Below, in pieces: positions 13,450-27,269 of a stretch of 64,000 nt of DNA. Each line of letters opens with the position of its first letter. Position 1 is the stretch's first letter. A model generated the notes under the pieces. It made no database searches. It worked only from the letters and a program-made list of their open reading frames with translations, and was not told the origin of the DNA. The translations under genes and the position numbers were made by a program. This DNA comes from Raillietiella orientalis (lineage: Eukaryota): NCBI GenBank assembly GCA_036172245.1, contig JAYWIR010000045.1, positions 744,001-808,000 of the forward strand, given 5' to 3'.

Positions 13450-14900
13450 TCGTTAATTTCAAAGAACAGTTGGTACCAAGTGGCTTTGTTTTCTGATTTT
13501 GTTTTTCGTTATCGAAAGAGGTGTAGTAGGCAAAGTGGGAAAGTTTGAGATTTTGAGAGAGTTGCTTCCTGATACTCATAGAGTAGGTCGGATTTAGGAA
13601 GCCACTTTCTTTCCATCTTAACATATGGTTCAAGTCCAGTAAATAAAACTAGTGAGTGAAATTCTGTTCTGAAAGTATACAGACTCAACAACAGGTGAAC
13701 TGAGGTCGTTGAGATTGATCAACCTCCACAACAGCAGAAAATTCATGAATCTGACTGGAAAGACTGCACAATCTGTATTACGAACTTGGGCGGAGAAAAG
13801 AAACCCATGAAGAGCTCGTGTATTTCTTGATGTGTGTACAAGAAAAAACATGTTTATATTTCTTTAAATAAAATCCCAAGTCTAATTCCATCGATTTCGG
13901 ATTTTTGGTATTCCCTTTTTTCTTCCTGTACTCCTTCCTACAAAGAAGTGAATTAAAGAAGAGGAATTACAACTCTGTTAGACTGGTGATCTTCGTAAGC
14001 AAAATGAGCTTAATTTGATAAATCCGCAGCATTGGGATTTACTGTATGAAATCATGAAAGACAATCGTACAGATCGTGTACATCTAATCAGATTGGTTAA
14101 GTGTATTTCACACATTCATTCATTAATAGTTGTAATGATAATGAAGATATTCAAATATGCCTAGCACCGACAAATTTCCAGAAGATAGATTCAGCATGCG
14201 TACGAAATATTCATCAACCTGTTTTTACTATGGATTTCAGAATATTTATATTCTATGAGATCTGTTTTCTTTTACAGGCTAATCTGTGTAAGAGCGTCCG
14301 ATTATACCACCCCTGAAAAGTGCCCCGCGGACTCAACTGCTCAGCTCCTACATCGGAGGTGGTACAGCCATATAAACACTTGGGAAGGCCGTATGCATTG
14401 GAATCCAATCCAAACGGACTCCAATACCAGCCTTCCATAGAGCAAATTCTGACCATGGCGACGTGCACTCTGGAATGTTACCTGTAGGTCTGGTTGAAGT
14501 AGGATGCTGTACCACTGGATCTATTAGATGACAGGTTGCAACAGATTCTATGCATCCTTTTCATGAAATGCAAGAAAAAGGATTTATCTAGCCCATTCGT
14601 AGGTAAAAAGCACTATTATAGAAAGAACGAAAGGCTTATATTTCCAGTGGATGATGATGATGAACATGGAGGTTTGAAGCAGGAGGAGGAAGACTGTAGT
14701 GAAGCTGCAAAATGTTTTGCCGATTACTTCGGATGGATGATGAATTCATGAAATACAACGAAGCAAGATGATATTGGAAGTCTTGTAAGGTGAGCAAAGC
14801 ATCAATAATGTTCGATTTTGGTACACATAATAGATGTTCGAAAACATTCTTCACGATATTGGTGCAATGCCAGTGCCAGCATCCAGCAGAGGAAAGAGAC
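13450..14900 (-). mobile_element. Degenerate Ty3/gypsy-type LTR retrotransposon integrase remnant
   Basis: Collinear decayed motifs on the minus strand: LLCVPKSNIIDALLTLQDFQYHLA (integrase Zn-binding lead-in), YGLPKCL...TTSDVGAEQLS (FGxPxxITSDxGxQFxS) and LSLYTFRTEFHS..TGLEPY...LPKSDL (YRTxxHxxTGxSPY...PxDL). Many stops and frameshifts. Confidence 0.55.
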
Positions 14901-17769
14901 ATACTATGACTACATTTGGATCAACAGAAAAGGTGAACAACTGTAAGCGGTCCACCAGCAGGACAGCAAGGTGGTAGTGGGAATTGTTCAGAATCCTCCT
15001 CGAGCATAGGCTTTGCGCCCAAATCGAACAATGGAGAAAGAATGTGAACAAAGTATCGGTCGTTTGTTTTTATTCATCTACTTGAAAAACATGCACGATA
15101 AACATGTTTTTGTGAATCTAATGGATCATCAGCTTCCTAAAGATTTTCGCTATTCGAATGTGTTGTAATGCCAGTTGTAATTCTTTTTGTGCAATGCAGA
15201 AGGACCACGCCTAAGTGTAAGGAGAATAAGTGAGGGTAAACTGAAATGCACACCTGGAACGCAGACAGAAAGACCACACAACTCGCGCAAAAGGCACAAA
15301 TCCTTTGAATTAAGGAAGAACATACCTTCTTCAAAAGCTGATTCCTCCAAAAGCCATACACAAAATTTATTCGAATCAGGTAGAAATCTTTCTGCAAAGA
15401 AGAGAACGGATCAAATGGAGACTTCTATATGGAATCCAAACTTGTACCGAAGAGTGGAAGCTCCAGTTCAAAAACAGGATGCAGATCCCTGATATAAAAG
15501 CTGCATCTCAGTCATTCAGCAAAACAGAATGAAACTTTCTTTGCTAAACGTGGAAGATCCATTTCATTTCTTTGCATCTCAGTTCATCCATCCAGAAACG
15601 GTTTCGGGCACCGTTGAAAGGGAAACCGACCAGACATCACTCATTCAGCTTGCTTATTTTTTGGTAAATAATCATCTAATTCTAATTAAGGTTATTATTC
15701 TAACAAACAAGGAAAAGGGAAAATTTTAGAATGTATCAGGAAATAAGCAAGAATATGGGGAAGATGGAGGAAAGAGATCAGTGCTACCAAGGAGGAATAC
15801 TGGGTGGTGTGTTTTCCCTTTTATCTATTAAGTAGCTACTTCACACCAGGTCTAGCTCGAGTAAGCATTAGAAACGATATTCCGCTACGAAACTCTTGCC
15901 TGAAGCATACTATGTTGAGCAAAACAACAACGCTGAGCATGCAGGGATTCTTTTTCCAGACCGGCTCGACCGGCCAAGGCACAATCAGACTATTACGTTC
16001 CCGAAGCACACCAAAAGCAAAAGAACAATGGCTTAAGAAATTCAATGAATCCAAACAGATATTTGTGATCTTTTTACTATCTCCAAAACGCGTTCGAGTC
16101 TCTGAGAAAACATTTTGTGCATACATGATCTGTACATATGTTGTTTGACCGTTTGAACACCAAGCGAATGTACCCAAGTAGCCTATTGCTGACTCCTCTA
16201 CTAATGCAACCCAAGAAAGCAATATTCTCTTACATGCATGAGGGATTCTCCCCAAATTTCAAAGGAATGAAGAAGAAATCCAGAGTGTCTTCGAGAACTT
16301 GAATCTCCGTATTTTTCATTCCGAAACAAGAAACACTTCTTTTATAGGTATAAGTGTGCTTCAGATTGTCTATTTCAGAACGGAAACAATATGTTGTCTA
16401 GATGAAATACATAGAACACGGTGTTTAAGAATGTTGGTATTATCGACGAAAGTAGAGCAAGCACAGTTGCCAAACTTCAAAAGCTGTAGAGAGTCTTCAC
16501 GGTTGCACTATTGGTAGGAAGAAGCAAAGTTAATCCATAAATTCCAAACAAATTCCACCTTTATTCATGAGTGATACCATCTGCAAAGATGATTATTTGG
16601 TTGATCATCTGGATAGCATATTTCCTATTGGCTTTCCACTCTCATCATAGTATCATTATAGTACAGCAGACAGCCACTGACTTTTAAATTGCTTTTTTCG
16701 GTGGTTTTCAATGTGGATCCAGAATGCCAACACTTCCTACGCCATGAGTGTCTACAAAAGGAAAAGCTTCTGGGAACTTCATCTGCTGGGGGGCACTTGA
16801 CTGTTGTTGTGCTTAATAATCATGCTTACATTCTGTTTTGGAAATGTTGAAAGTCGCAGGTGTATAAACGATCAATGTTGTCTCTATCTAAAAATCCATG
16901 TATTATCAGCTCATGCAAATGCCCGGTTCTAATTTATGAAAATTGTGCTTGTGATTTCACTTAATTCTGTAATAAAGAGATTCAGAGAGTTTCCATCAGG
17001 AAAACGTTTTTATGGATGATAGAGCTTATTTCTTATTGATTTAGCTACTGCATCCAACATAATGAAACATTATAAATTAAAGAAGTGTCGAAGACTCATA
17101 CTCAGATGTTAGTTAGAAACCGATAACTAGACCCCGTTATTTTGCTAAAAACGACTGAATGAATCAGTCACCTTTCAGTCAAGTGATCTTGAAGGAGATG
17201 ATGAGCAATTATATGCAAAAAGATTTTCTGCCAAATTTCATCTTTCACATATGATTTCACACCGTGTGTGCATTAGTTCCGTCTTTACATTTAGGCAAAA
17301 AGAAAAACATCTCCGACTTAAAAGAACACCAGCTTTCAAGATACATGGACAACGAAGGTAGAAAATAAATCAGACTACATTCACTGTCTAAGAATATGTA
17401 GCACTCGAGACTCCATCGTTTTCGCAGCTAAGCACATCTTGTCTGATATCCAGTAGGCAAGAATAGCTCAAAACAAATGACATATACTACTCATCCTGCT
17501 TCGAATGATAACCATTCGTGGTAAAATCTTGAGCTTATGTAAAAGAATTCTTAACCTAAGAAGGACTAGGGAGCATCCGTTGTCATTTCCGAATGCAAAG
17601 GTCAAATTTCTGTATTTCTAAGTTTATGTAAAGTAGAAGTTTATGTGATAACCTTTGCACGTATGTATACTATAAATCGAAGGAAATATTTCTTATCAAT
17701 GAATTTTGGGGGTTTGCAAATGAAATGAACAATTTCAGGTCATGTTCTCACGTAGGTTTGAATGAACTT

Positions 17770-19270
17770 ATAACCCCGGTTCGAGATCTTGCATCGTCAT
17801 ACAAAGAAACACATTGTATGAATTGCTCACTCGGACTGAAACATCGTAGTCTGCTGGAGCGGTATCACTGCTCTTATTCATCGGCAAGTTAGCTTCGGTC
17901 ATATAGTAACGACTGACCGAATGTGAGACTTTAGATGAGCCAAGAGCATGGGAATCCGCGAAGACGGTCAACATTGCGACTGTTTATGACGTTACAGGAG
18001 ACCAGAAGCAGCTAACTGAAGACACGCCATCATTCGTATATTAAAGTTTTCCCTCTGCTTTAGGCACTTTTAAAGAGATTGTTCTGATAAAGACAATAAA
18101 TTAAATGCAACGAACAGTTTTATTATTTAGCTGCTTGTTTGTTTGTAGGTTTACTATGACCAAATCACCAAACTGCGGAGGATTTGAAAAGTAACCATGC
18201 ACCATTGTAGAATAGCATTATCTACCATTTATAGCTCTGCTTTATTCACACTTTCTGAAAGGAAACACAAGAGCTATTTTGCATTATATGCCAATTATTT
18301 CAACGGTTTGTTTCTGTTCATCTTTTATTCGTTCTGAAATTTCTGAGAAAAACTTAGAAAAACTGAGAAAAGCTCCCAGGGATGAAGAAAACGAAGCAAG
18401 AACATTTGATATCCTCTGAGGTGTTGTGAATTAAAATTTCCTTTCACTCTGTAATCCGGAGCATCTTCTATAGTTCTCTGATTTTTTCGTAGGCATGTCG
18501 TTTTTTCTCAGCATGGAATCATCTTCAACCGAATGACCATCTTCAGCAGGTCTTGCTTGACGACCTTTGGTGAAATTCAACGTCTCCTGTCCAAGAGGGA
18601 ATGGTCTTAGCCCATTCTTTGGGTGACCCAACTCATCAGTCTCCCTGCCCGACACCACCTCAGCAAAGTCCTGATTATAGAGCAATTTTTTCCTTCATCT
18701 TTCTTGATATGATCATTAAACACTAAAGCTTTAGACTTATCAAACAGTTTCTGCATTCAGGTAAAAAGAAATCATTTTGAACAGCGGAAGACGGATAAGC
18801 CAAAAGGTATTGGAATAGAGACGAAAACTTCCATTTCTTTTTTCTTTTTCTTGACACAACGTTAGCATAGAGTGCTTAGAAAAAAATGCACTAAAAAGGT
18901 TAAGCAAAAATCATATCAGAAAAATAACAAAAAAAAAAAGGAAAATGTGTCGAATGTGGGCTCGTCTCATCTTTCGGTGAATTTTCAATTCAATAGCTTT
19001 ATTGCTTTTTTATTTTCATGATTCAATTGGCTTCTCCCATTGTTCTTCTACAGTCATTTATTTTGATGTCTGGATTCTTGGTCCATATGCATAACTGTGT
19101 TCTTACTGGTTCTCGATGTTTGTGTGCATCCCAAGAAAATAGAGATTTTTCCTCCGTGGGAACTAAAGGCCTCGATTTCGTCATATTTAAAAAGAAGTTT
19201 AAATGAGGTTTTAAACCTTCTGTTACTGTCGTGAAAGTTTCAAAGTTGGTGTTCTCGAACAAGGAATACA
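17770..19270 (-). mobile_element. Highly degenerate BEL/Pao LTR retrotransposon pol remnant
   Basis: Minus-strand fragments in the expected order: LNFFLNMTKSRPLVP (LNDCLxxGPNL), NGLRPFPLGQETLNF...PTKK (LGxxWxxxxDxLxF...TKR) and LTVFADS...ANLPMNKSSDTAP (LHxFADAS...LxMSKSRVAP). Weak similarity only. Confidence 0.4.
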
Positions 19271-20278
19271 AAAATTATTGACTGTGATTTCTAACAAAGT
19301 TCCCATCAGCATGAAAGATGCGGGTTCCTCAGAGTTGAAGCTTTTTTAAGCAATGCAGAGTGATAAGATATCAATCACTTAGATAAGATATACAGTATGA
19401 TCTGTCGGACAAACACGTGTCAATGATGGTTTGCTGGAATTTTTAGGCCAGAGCAGAAAACAGAAACTATTGTGTTTATCTACCAGCAGATTGAATTAGG
19501 TAATTTTTCAAAACCATCACATCTTGTGCTACTACGAAGCCCGTTCTGTTTACAAGTGCTAAATGAAAGTTGAGTATATGATCCCAAAGCATCTGATCCT
19601 TCGAAATTGCCTGAAACCACAGATTAATTCATTTATTTTTTCCGAGAACACGAAGCTGTTGGGAATCTCATTTTTGTTTTGCCATCTAGCTGAGTACCAA
19701 GTTTGAGTACCTCTCGATTTCCATTAATTATTTAAACTTCATGCTTAAGCAATAACTTGTTTTCTAAGGTAGTTTTCGTGGTCGGAATTTGTTAAAATTT
19801 ACGTGGGAGTGTGAGCAGTTGAAGTGATAATCAGGATAATCCCAAAAATATCAACTAAAGGCTATCCATGTAAATGTAACCCAATAAATGGGATACTTTG
19901 CAATCATGAAAGTAGTAAGATCAATGTTTCAGCATGTTGATGTTTCCTGAAGGCTGTTTGAAAACAATGAGATCCCTCAAGTTTGGAAAATAATTGGTGT
20001 GTGTTCTTGCAAACATATACTGTGGTGATAGGAATATTTGGGGCATGAGGAATATCCAGTATTAATTCATGGCAATGGATGAAAGATTAGATACTGCTGT
20101 AGCCTAGAAACCACAAAAAATAGGTCCAAAGACAAGTTATTTATAGTCATATCACATTGGGTCTCATTTGGTGGCACAGTGTCTATGATGGGTCATGAAG
20201 TATGTTCCAAGATTTATATGTCCATGATAAGTTATCAAACTAATCTACAGTCATTTATTTTGATGTCTGGATTCTTGG
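19047..20278 (+). repeat. Exact 35-bp direct repeat (19047-19081 and 20244-20278)
   Basis: tctacagtcatttattttgatgtctggattcttgg occurs identically at both positions, with unrelated flanks. Confidence 0.95.
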
Positions 20279-20851
20279 GATATTTTCTTGACAAGTTTTT
20301 CAAGCAACAAATCAAAAGCATCAAATGATTCACTATTCTGAATACAAAGCAATCTTTAGGAAAACAATATGTTTGAACTAACTCCATGAACTAAGGGATA
20401 ATGTTAACTAAACTTAACCTTATTTGAGAATGAAGAAACATTGGCAAACAAAAAACTCTCAGTAAGTTAATGGCAAACTTTAAAATCTCACGAACAAATA
20501 ATTAATGGATTGAAATTTGGCTGTAAGCTACTTTTAAAATTGCTAGATGGAACAGAAAGATTATCTATCCTTTTTGCTCAAAGTTTCAGTAATTTGGTTG
20601 TGAATGCTAAATATCAACTTAGATCAGTTTACTTGCTATCATGATCAACTGTTTTTGTCTTCTTTTCAGTAGTTTCCCCATATTAAAAGTAGGGTATCAA
20701 CATACTAAGTGTCTTTGCCTCAAGACCCAATTCTTTCTCTTGAACTATGAACTAAGACAATAAGTTAAATGTCTTGTCCTTTCCAGTTTCAACCTTCAGA
20801 TTGGACTGTTGCAGTTTAAGTGGCAAACTTCACTTTCCATATGCTGATAAA

Positions 20852-23800
20852 ATGGTATCAAGTAATTGTAGTACACAGGACTGGAATGAAAAGTTAGTGT
20901 TTTGTGAGTTAAATTGTTTCAAAAAAAAACTGTTTGAGCCATCCACAAAAGAAACCATAAAGGTGGAACTCCAATTTTTGGTATGATCTGAGGTCTAAAC
21001 ACTTTTTCTAATTAGTTATTGTGTTTTGATGCATTCAAACAAAACATCCTTTTTGGTTCAAGTGATGGAAGCATTTACATATTCGAGAGAAATCACATGA
21101 AACTTCTGGATTCACTCTCGATCACTGTAATTTTATTATATTTCTACAAATTCAATTAATTCTTTCCATATTAAGGGATTTTAGCATTGAGATTATCAAT
21201 GTCTGGGTTGGATGTTTTTAAAGTACCCAACTATAGTGGTTCATTATTTTTAAAATAAGATGGTGTTTGGAGTTAAAATAGAATTTCAGTTTTATTTCAT
21301 CTTCATGATTACCATTTTATATTCATTAATTCTCCTAATTTGTTATTAAAAATTACCACTGAGGAAGTTAGAATTAAATATAGCAATATTCTAGGAAAAT
21401 GCTATCATTAAGGTATCCATTTCTGTGACTGGTGATAAAGTTGCAGTTGTTACAAAAACATGGCAGCTTTATATTTGCCCTCTGAATTTTTTACGCAAAG
21501 AGAGATTGCAAAGCGTTTATCACAACAATTCAAGTGAGATTACTACTTTGTGTTGGCACAACTCACTGGATCAAATTTTTGTTGGATGCAAAGATGGTTG
21601 GCTTGTAGCAGTGAATAGCACTCAATGCCGGGTATGTTTGCTTGACCGCTGGGATGCAAATAATGTAAATGATCTTTAATTAACGACCTTAATTTACTTA
21701 TAGGTGCTTGACCTTCTAGAGGAACCTAGTTGTGAGCTTGTCAGATTTGATGGTAGCATTAATCAGATTAGTGTCTGGGAAGAACATGTGGTTAGCTGTA
21801 CTTATGGATATTGCTACATTTTCAATACAGAATCATGCACTGTTATTAAAGTATGTGCTTATGTCAGTGCTATTTTTACATGCTGCATTTTTTATGTACT
21901 GTAGCTTAATATGGGGGTAGCTGATGTAGTTGTGGGAATCTCCATTGTTGAAAAAGATTCGAAATTGAATGGCAACACAAATCCTTTTGTTTTCTGGTCT
22001 GCATATTCAAATTTGAAAATAATGGAAAGCAATTTTATTGGTAATGTACTTGAAGTATGGGATCTAGAGAGCATCTTAAAACAATCTAGTCTACCTCAGA
22101 TAATGCACATTTCAAAACAACATGATGCTCCATGTTTTCTAGAGTGTTCTACACCTGTTAACATAACAAGAGATAATTGTACTTATCATATGCAATCTAT
22201 CATGGATCGTAAGATGGTGATGTTGCATAGCAATCATAGCATGTTTTTTCTTGATGGTAAAAATAGCAATATATTTTGCCATTTTCTGTATTCAACAGAA
22301 AGTATTCAACAGTTGTGCTGCGTTGATAATGAAATTATTCTGTGGATGCAAGATGGTAGTTTACACACCTTGGCATTGTTTAATAGTCTTGATTATCTGT
22401 ACTTTCTGTTGCGCAAACAATTGCTTCCACTATGTTACAATCAGATTGCCAACATTATGAGACTGGTAAAAGAAGGCAATCAGAGTGAAGATGCTTTGCA
22501 AAGCCTGCTACAAATACTTGCTGATCTACAAGCTGAAGGATTTTATGAAAAGCAGATTGATGACTTAAAATCTGAAATACAACAACTGATGAAGAAAGAA
22601 CTTCTAGCCAGACAGAATGTTCATGATTTTGGTTATTCTAAATTTTTCCGTGATCATCATATAGCAACATCTTTATTTTGTCCTGACTCACATCTTGTTG
22701 ATAGTTCTTTTGGTAGTGCAGATATGGGAGATGTAATCATTGAAAGCAGAAAACATTCTAATTTAGATGTTTCACAGAAGTCTTTTGGAACATCAGTGGC
22801 CAGGGTATTTTGTGAATGGTTCCGAAATTCAGAATTTGTTTTTTTGAAAGGTTCGTTAGGTCTTGAAAAATTCACTTGCATTTTGCTTCAGTATTTTGAA
22901 GAAAGTTGTCCGGTTCCGATTTGTTTACAGGATCAGCAACATTTAGGTATCCCAAAATGCACATATGAATCCCAGTGGGATGAGAGGTTGCTTTCTTTGT
23001 TGAGTTTCTTTGAAGTGGAACCTGAGATGATTTTAGACTTTTTACAAGCAAAGCAGTGTTGGTGTTTCTTAACTTGGTGTGAAGTCTTGAAGCGTTTAAC
23101 TCATCAGTATTGTTTTCCTGTTCTTTGTGCAAATAATGCCTTCTTGCTACTAGAATCAGATCAACAATCATGTTGCAAAAAAAAAGCAGTTCTAACTCAC
23201 ATTGCTACTTCCGTCTCAAAAGAGAAATTTATTGATCTCCTGCTGTCTTGTGTTGAACATTTGACCCCTAGAGATGCTATGTACTTGTTACTAGGATCAC
23301 TTCCAGTTGCACAACAAGATAATTTGCTTTTGGATCACAATTGTCATCTGGTGTATAACCTAATACATAAATTAAGCATCAAGCACGCAGATCTTTGGAC
23401 AGAGTCTTTCCTCAGTGAACCGGTCCTTGCATTGTGGATTGCCCAAGCCATTCTTTCTCATGTTCACATGACATTGGAGCCGTATTTATGCAGCTGTGGC
23501 TATCCATCTTCCAGGACATGGAAAATTTGGAAGGAAAAGAATTTTGTAATTCATTTTCTTTGGAAAGTGAATCAGCAGTCTCGTATGCGTGATTGGCTGC
23601 TCACAACTGTTGCAGAAAAAGGATTCTGGTGGATTCTTCCTTTTTTGCATCCAAAAACATTAGACAATTCAATTACAGACAAGTCATTGCAAGTTTGTCT
23701 TCAGTTTGGCAAAATAAACCTTTTTATTAAGCTGTGCCCTATTCTTGATGAAGAGTCGATGAAAAAGCTGTTTCAGTATCACATACAACAAGGGCAAGAC

Positions 23801-24414
23801 AAACAAAACTGTTGTGCATGCAAAGCAAGTTGGCCAGTGCATTTTCTCAATTCAGAAGTGCAGTTATCCACCATCCGTTGGGCTGATTTATTTCTTTTGT
23901 GTTTATTTTATTTGGGACCCACAATCACTTTGAAGATGATGCATTGCTATAGCACATATCTGAGCAACATGAACACCAGGTTGGTTGCATTTTTCACATG
24001 TTATATCATGCCTTTCCAGTGTTTACAGGGCAGTGCTTACTGCAATAGTATTGCATAAAGCGGATGCTCCACAGGCTAAAATCCAACAGATTTTATATTC
24101 TATGCTGACTGCTTGTTATCCTTCTTTGCCAGTGCCAGTATGTTGGATTTAGTTAAAGTCATTGTCTGTCTTAGATTTTACAGAAATTTTTGCATAAGTC
24201 ACCGTTAGACTTGGAGTATCTTGGGCGGGTGCCTGATCACCATTGGGGGACTACAGTAGAATGGGCAAAGAAATGCTGCATGTGTTGTTCCTTACCATTA
24301 CTCACCGCGGGGCTTTCTGAAAACGCGGGTGTTTACATATTTTCTTGTGGACATGCATACCATAGACAGTGTTTGGCAGTATATAAAAAAGACAAATGCT
24401 TAATGTGTGCATAA
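20852..24414 (+). CDS. HPS5: HPS5-like (BLOC-2 subunit family) beta-propeller/alpha-solenoid protein with C-terminal RING-H2 finger (7 exons, ~1018 aa)
   Basis: Exons 20852-20980, 21016-21126, 21395-21631, 21704-21850, 21905-23979, 24020-24137 and 24175-24414 join in frame through GT-AG introns of 35, 268, 72, 54, 40 and 37 nt (3057 nt). The N-terminus has CFDAFKQNILFGSSDGSIYIF, AIIKVSISVTGDKVAVVT and ITTLCWHNSLDQIFVGCKDG, which resemble HPS5/TECPR2 WD40 blades. There is an internal LCSCGYP motif and a terminal CGHAYHRQC...CLMC. The gene structure is solid; the family assignment is by recall. Confidence 0.78.
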
Positions 24415-25039
24415 GGAGCAAATATTACAGATTTATGCAATAATTAGAAACTTTATTATTGCAAGTTTCAAACTCATTGTTTTCAAGTTTATTTTAAAAT
24501 TTAAAATTTGTGAAATTTTGGAACCATCCGTTGGAACGTATTGCTTTGACGCGGTAAAACATAACTGAATAAAATTAGTGTGCAAAGCAACACAAGCTTT
24601 AATGAACTGTGGGAAATAAATAAAAAAAACGAGGAAATTGCACCCAGTGGTGCTAAAAGTGCATTTTAGTCAAATAATTAAATGCCAAGCAACGCCGTTT
24701 TGTTGACCACATAGATTGTCAATCGGGTGGCCTTCTCCCATAAGACAAGCGCTTCAAGGTCATTTAGGTCTTGTACATGAAGATTAAAGCCATCAATTAC
24801 GGATGGCGAGCAAATGCGCGCTTACCTTTGCTCTGTGTACACGTCGATCTCTGAGCTGGGAAATTAAAGGCATGCAATACGAGATTCATTCATTTTTAAG
24901 ATTTATTATAGGAGCCATTTGCAGTGTAATCATTGAATATTAAAGCAAGTAAGAGCAAGATGTTGAAGTGTGTTAATTGTCATTCGAGCAGGGTATTGAG
25001 GTATTTTAATTGTCAGGTCTTTTGTAGTCTTGAAATAAT

Positions 25040-26200
25040 AGGTTTTTATGTGCCACTGCTGAATGTAAAGATGTCCTGATCTCTATAACAGAACTATCTG
25101 AAGCAGAGAATGCTTCAGATGGCCTTTTGAAGAAAGCAACCCAATGAAGACTTTTGACCTGGAACGGATTCGTCACAGTTGCTCCTTAGCTTGTATCTGG
25201 TAGAGACCACTCCATCGCTCACAGTCCTTGAAATGCTATCTACCATTCTGAAATTAGAGTTTCATAATGACTCATCTCCTTAAGTTAGGATAACGCTACG
25301 AGGTAGGCTTTCTTGCTAGCATCGTCAGAGTAACTAAGTCCTCACGAACAACGGTGTGAAGTTCATTTTTTTTTTCCTTTTCTTTTACAATCTCTCTTCT
25401 GCGTACGTTCTGAAGTCCATTGCTGTGTCGCAAAGATTTTCAAGCCAGCTTAATAGACCGAAAAACTGGTTGTACTGTGTGTAATGCATTCAAAGTCGAA
25501 TCAGAACACTCGTAGGAAGAACATGCAGCAAAGGATTGTGGCTTTTAGATTCATAAAATATATCAATTAGATGACCGAGCCGCAAGGGGCATCAAAAAAA
25601 CATTGCTTCTATAATACTTATGAGAGATTGCATGCTTACTAGAAAAAAAAAAAAAGAAAAGATAATTAGTTTAAATCTATAGATGCCTGCTCTCTGGGAG
25701 ATGACATGAATAAATACCTCTACCAGAGATCTTCGTGGAAACCTCTAACACGGCTTCATTTTCAATTAGAATCAATAAGAGTACATATCGAAGAGGACTT
25801 TGGTAACAGAATCGGCTGAAGCGGTTATAAAATTATTACAAGCGCAAGAATAATTCTGGACAGCGATACTCTGCAAAAATGTTAAGGATCTACAACGCTG
25901 GAAAGATTCTCAAATAAGGCCAAGTACCACGGGGGGCATCATTCACAGCAGCAGCTGCGCTCAGGTAATTTTTCCACGCGAGAGCCATGCCACGGACATG
26001 ACTGATTCCAGCACCGACACTTTCGTCATCGCTCTTCAACTACTTGTTCAGCCATCAAACTCAAGTGTGTCGTTTCCCTGAGTTTCCAGCGGCACTTCAC
26101 CTCATTCCATACTAATCGGCGTTTACAAAATAATTCACGGCAGGGAATGGTTTGCAGATTTCTGGTTTCCTGCCCCCCTTGCAATATTTATTAAATGCCG
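25040..26200 (+). mobile_element. Degenerate BEL/Pao RNase H-integrase remnant
   Basis: W(fs)TDSSQLL at ~25160 (WTDSxxVL), MTDSSTDTFVIALQLLV at ~26000 (xxDLSTxxFxxALxRF), VSSGTS (SDNGTNF-like) and QGMVCRFLVSCPP (GIxWxFxPxxAP). Confidence 0.5.
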
Positions 26201-27269
26201 TCTTGGTTTCATCAGGCGAGACTCACAAACTCATTGCGTTTGCAGACTGGGAGATTGCAGCAATTTCGAGATGAATTCGGGGAACTATGGAAATTGGATT
26301 CCGCTTGTACTGCGTTTTGTTGGTTGTGACTGCATCCTAGCTGTTACCTTGATAAACCATAATGCCAATATACAGTGTCAAAATATTATGTATGTGCTGT
26401 GAAAAAATATTAAACTTGACCATCTTTCCCGATGTAGGTTGTTGTCGCAGCTGAGAAGGCCGAGCTTTCCTGAATCTTCATTGAAAGGAAGAATTGCAGT
26501 CAAGAATCAAAATTTTGACAGTATCTTGTAAAAGGCAGTTGTAGAGAATAATGCACTCCAAATGCTAAGAAGTTTCAGTTATGTGCTTTGGAAGGAATGA
26601 AAGCATTTATTGTTTGTGTTACGTGAAAGAAGAGGAATCATGGAGGGAAAGATAAGAAACGGCGAAGCTGCGTCCCAACTTGTCATTCCCAAATCTGAAG
26701 ATCCGAGGACCTCTTGACTCCAACACATGCATACCCGAATACATACGGATTTAAACGGATATTTGGGGTGAAGAAATTTTTCTTAAGCATCATCCATTCA
26801 TCGTCTAAAAGCCCTATCTTTCTGACATCCTTTTAATCCTCCACGTTTTGCTGCATCCAAAGATGAAGCAAAACTGAATCATGACACTACGAACCAGAAT
26901 TCTTTGCTGGAGGAGATCTTCGAGTCAGATGCTTCAGTTTTCAGGCTACCAAAATGCAGTGAATATGCATGCAAATGAAGATTGGATGCTGTGTGCAATC
27001 CGGAGGAAAGTGGGACGTATCGCTTGCACCCAGGATTTCAATTATCACCATAGAGATCTGACTACGAAGTTGCTGGAAATCATCGCAGAGACCTGGCTTA
27101 TCGAATCTGACTGAGAATTTTCTGGCGAATAATGCATGCAAGGGATTCCGATTACCAAATCAGAGGAAGGAAGTGGAATATGCAAATCTGGTTCTGAGAA
27201 CGAACTTTAATTTAACAGCAAGCAACGGAAGCGCAATAACTTCAGTGGCACATGGAGGAATGGGACGAT

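Noticed and set aside
15100..16550. Possible BEL/Pao RT remnant on the plus strand (TIRLLRSR, TNAT)
   Set aside because: The motif similarity is too weak to support a call.
19678..19695. CTCF-like motif (CTAGATGGC on the minus strand) upstream of HPS5
   Set aside because: A short partial match that is expected by chance.
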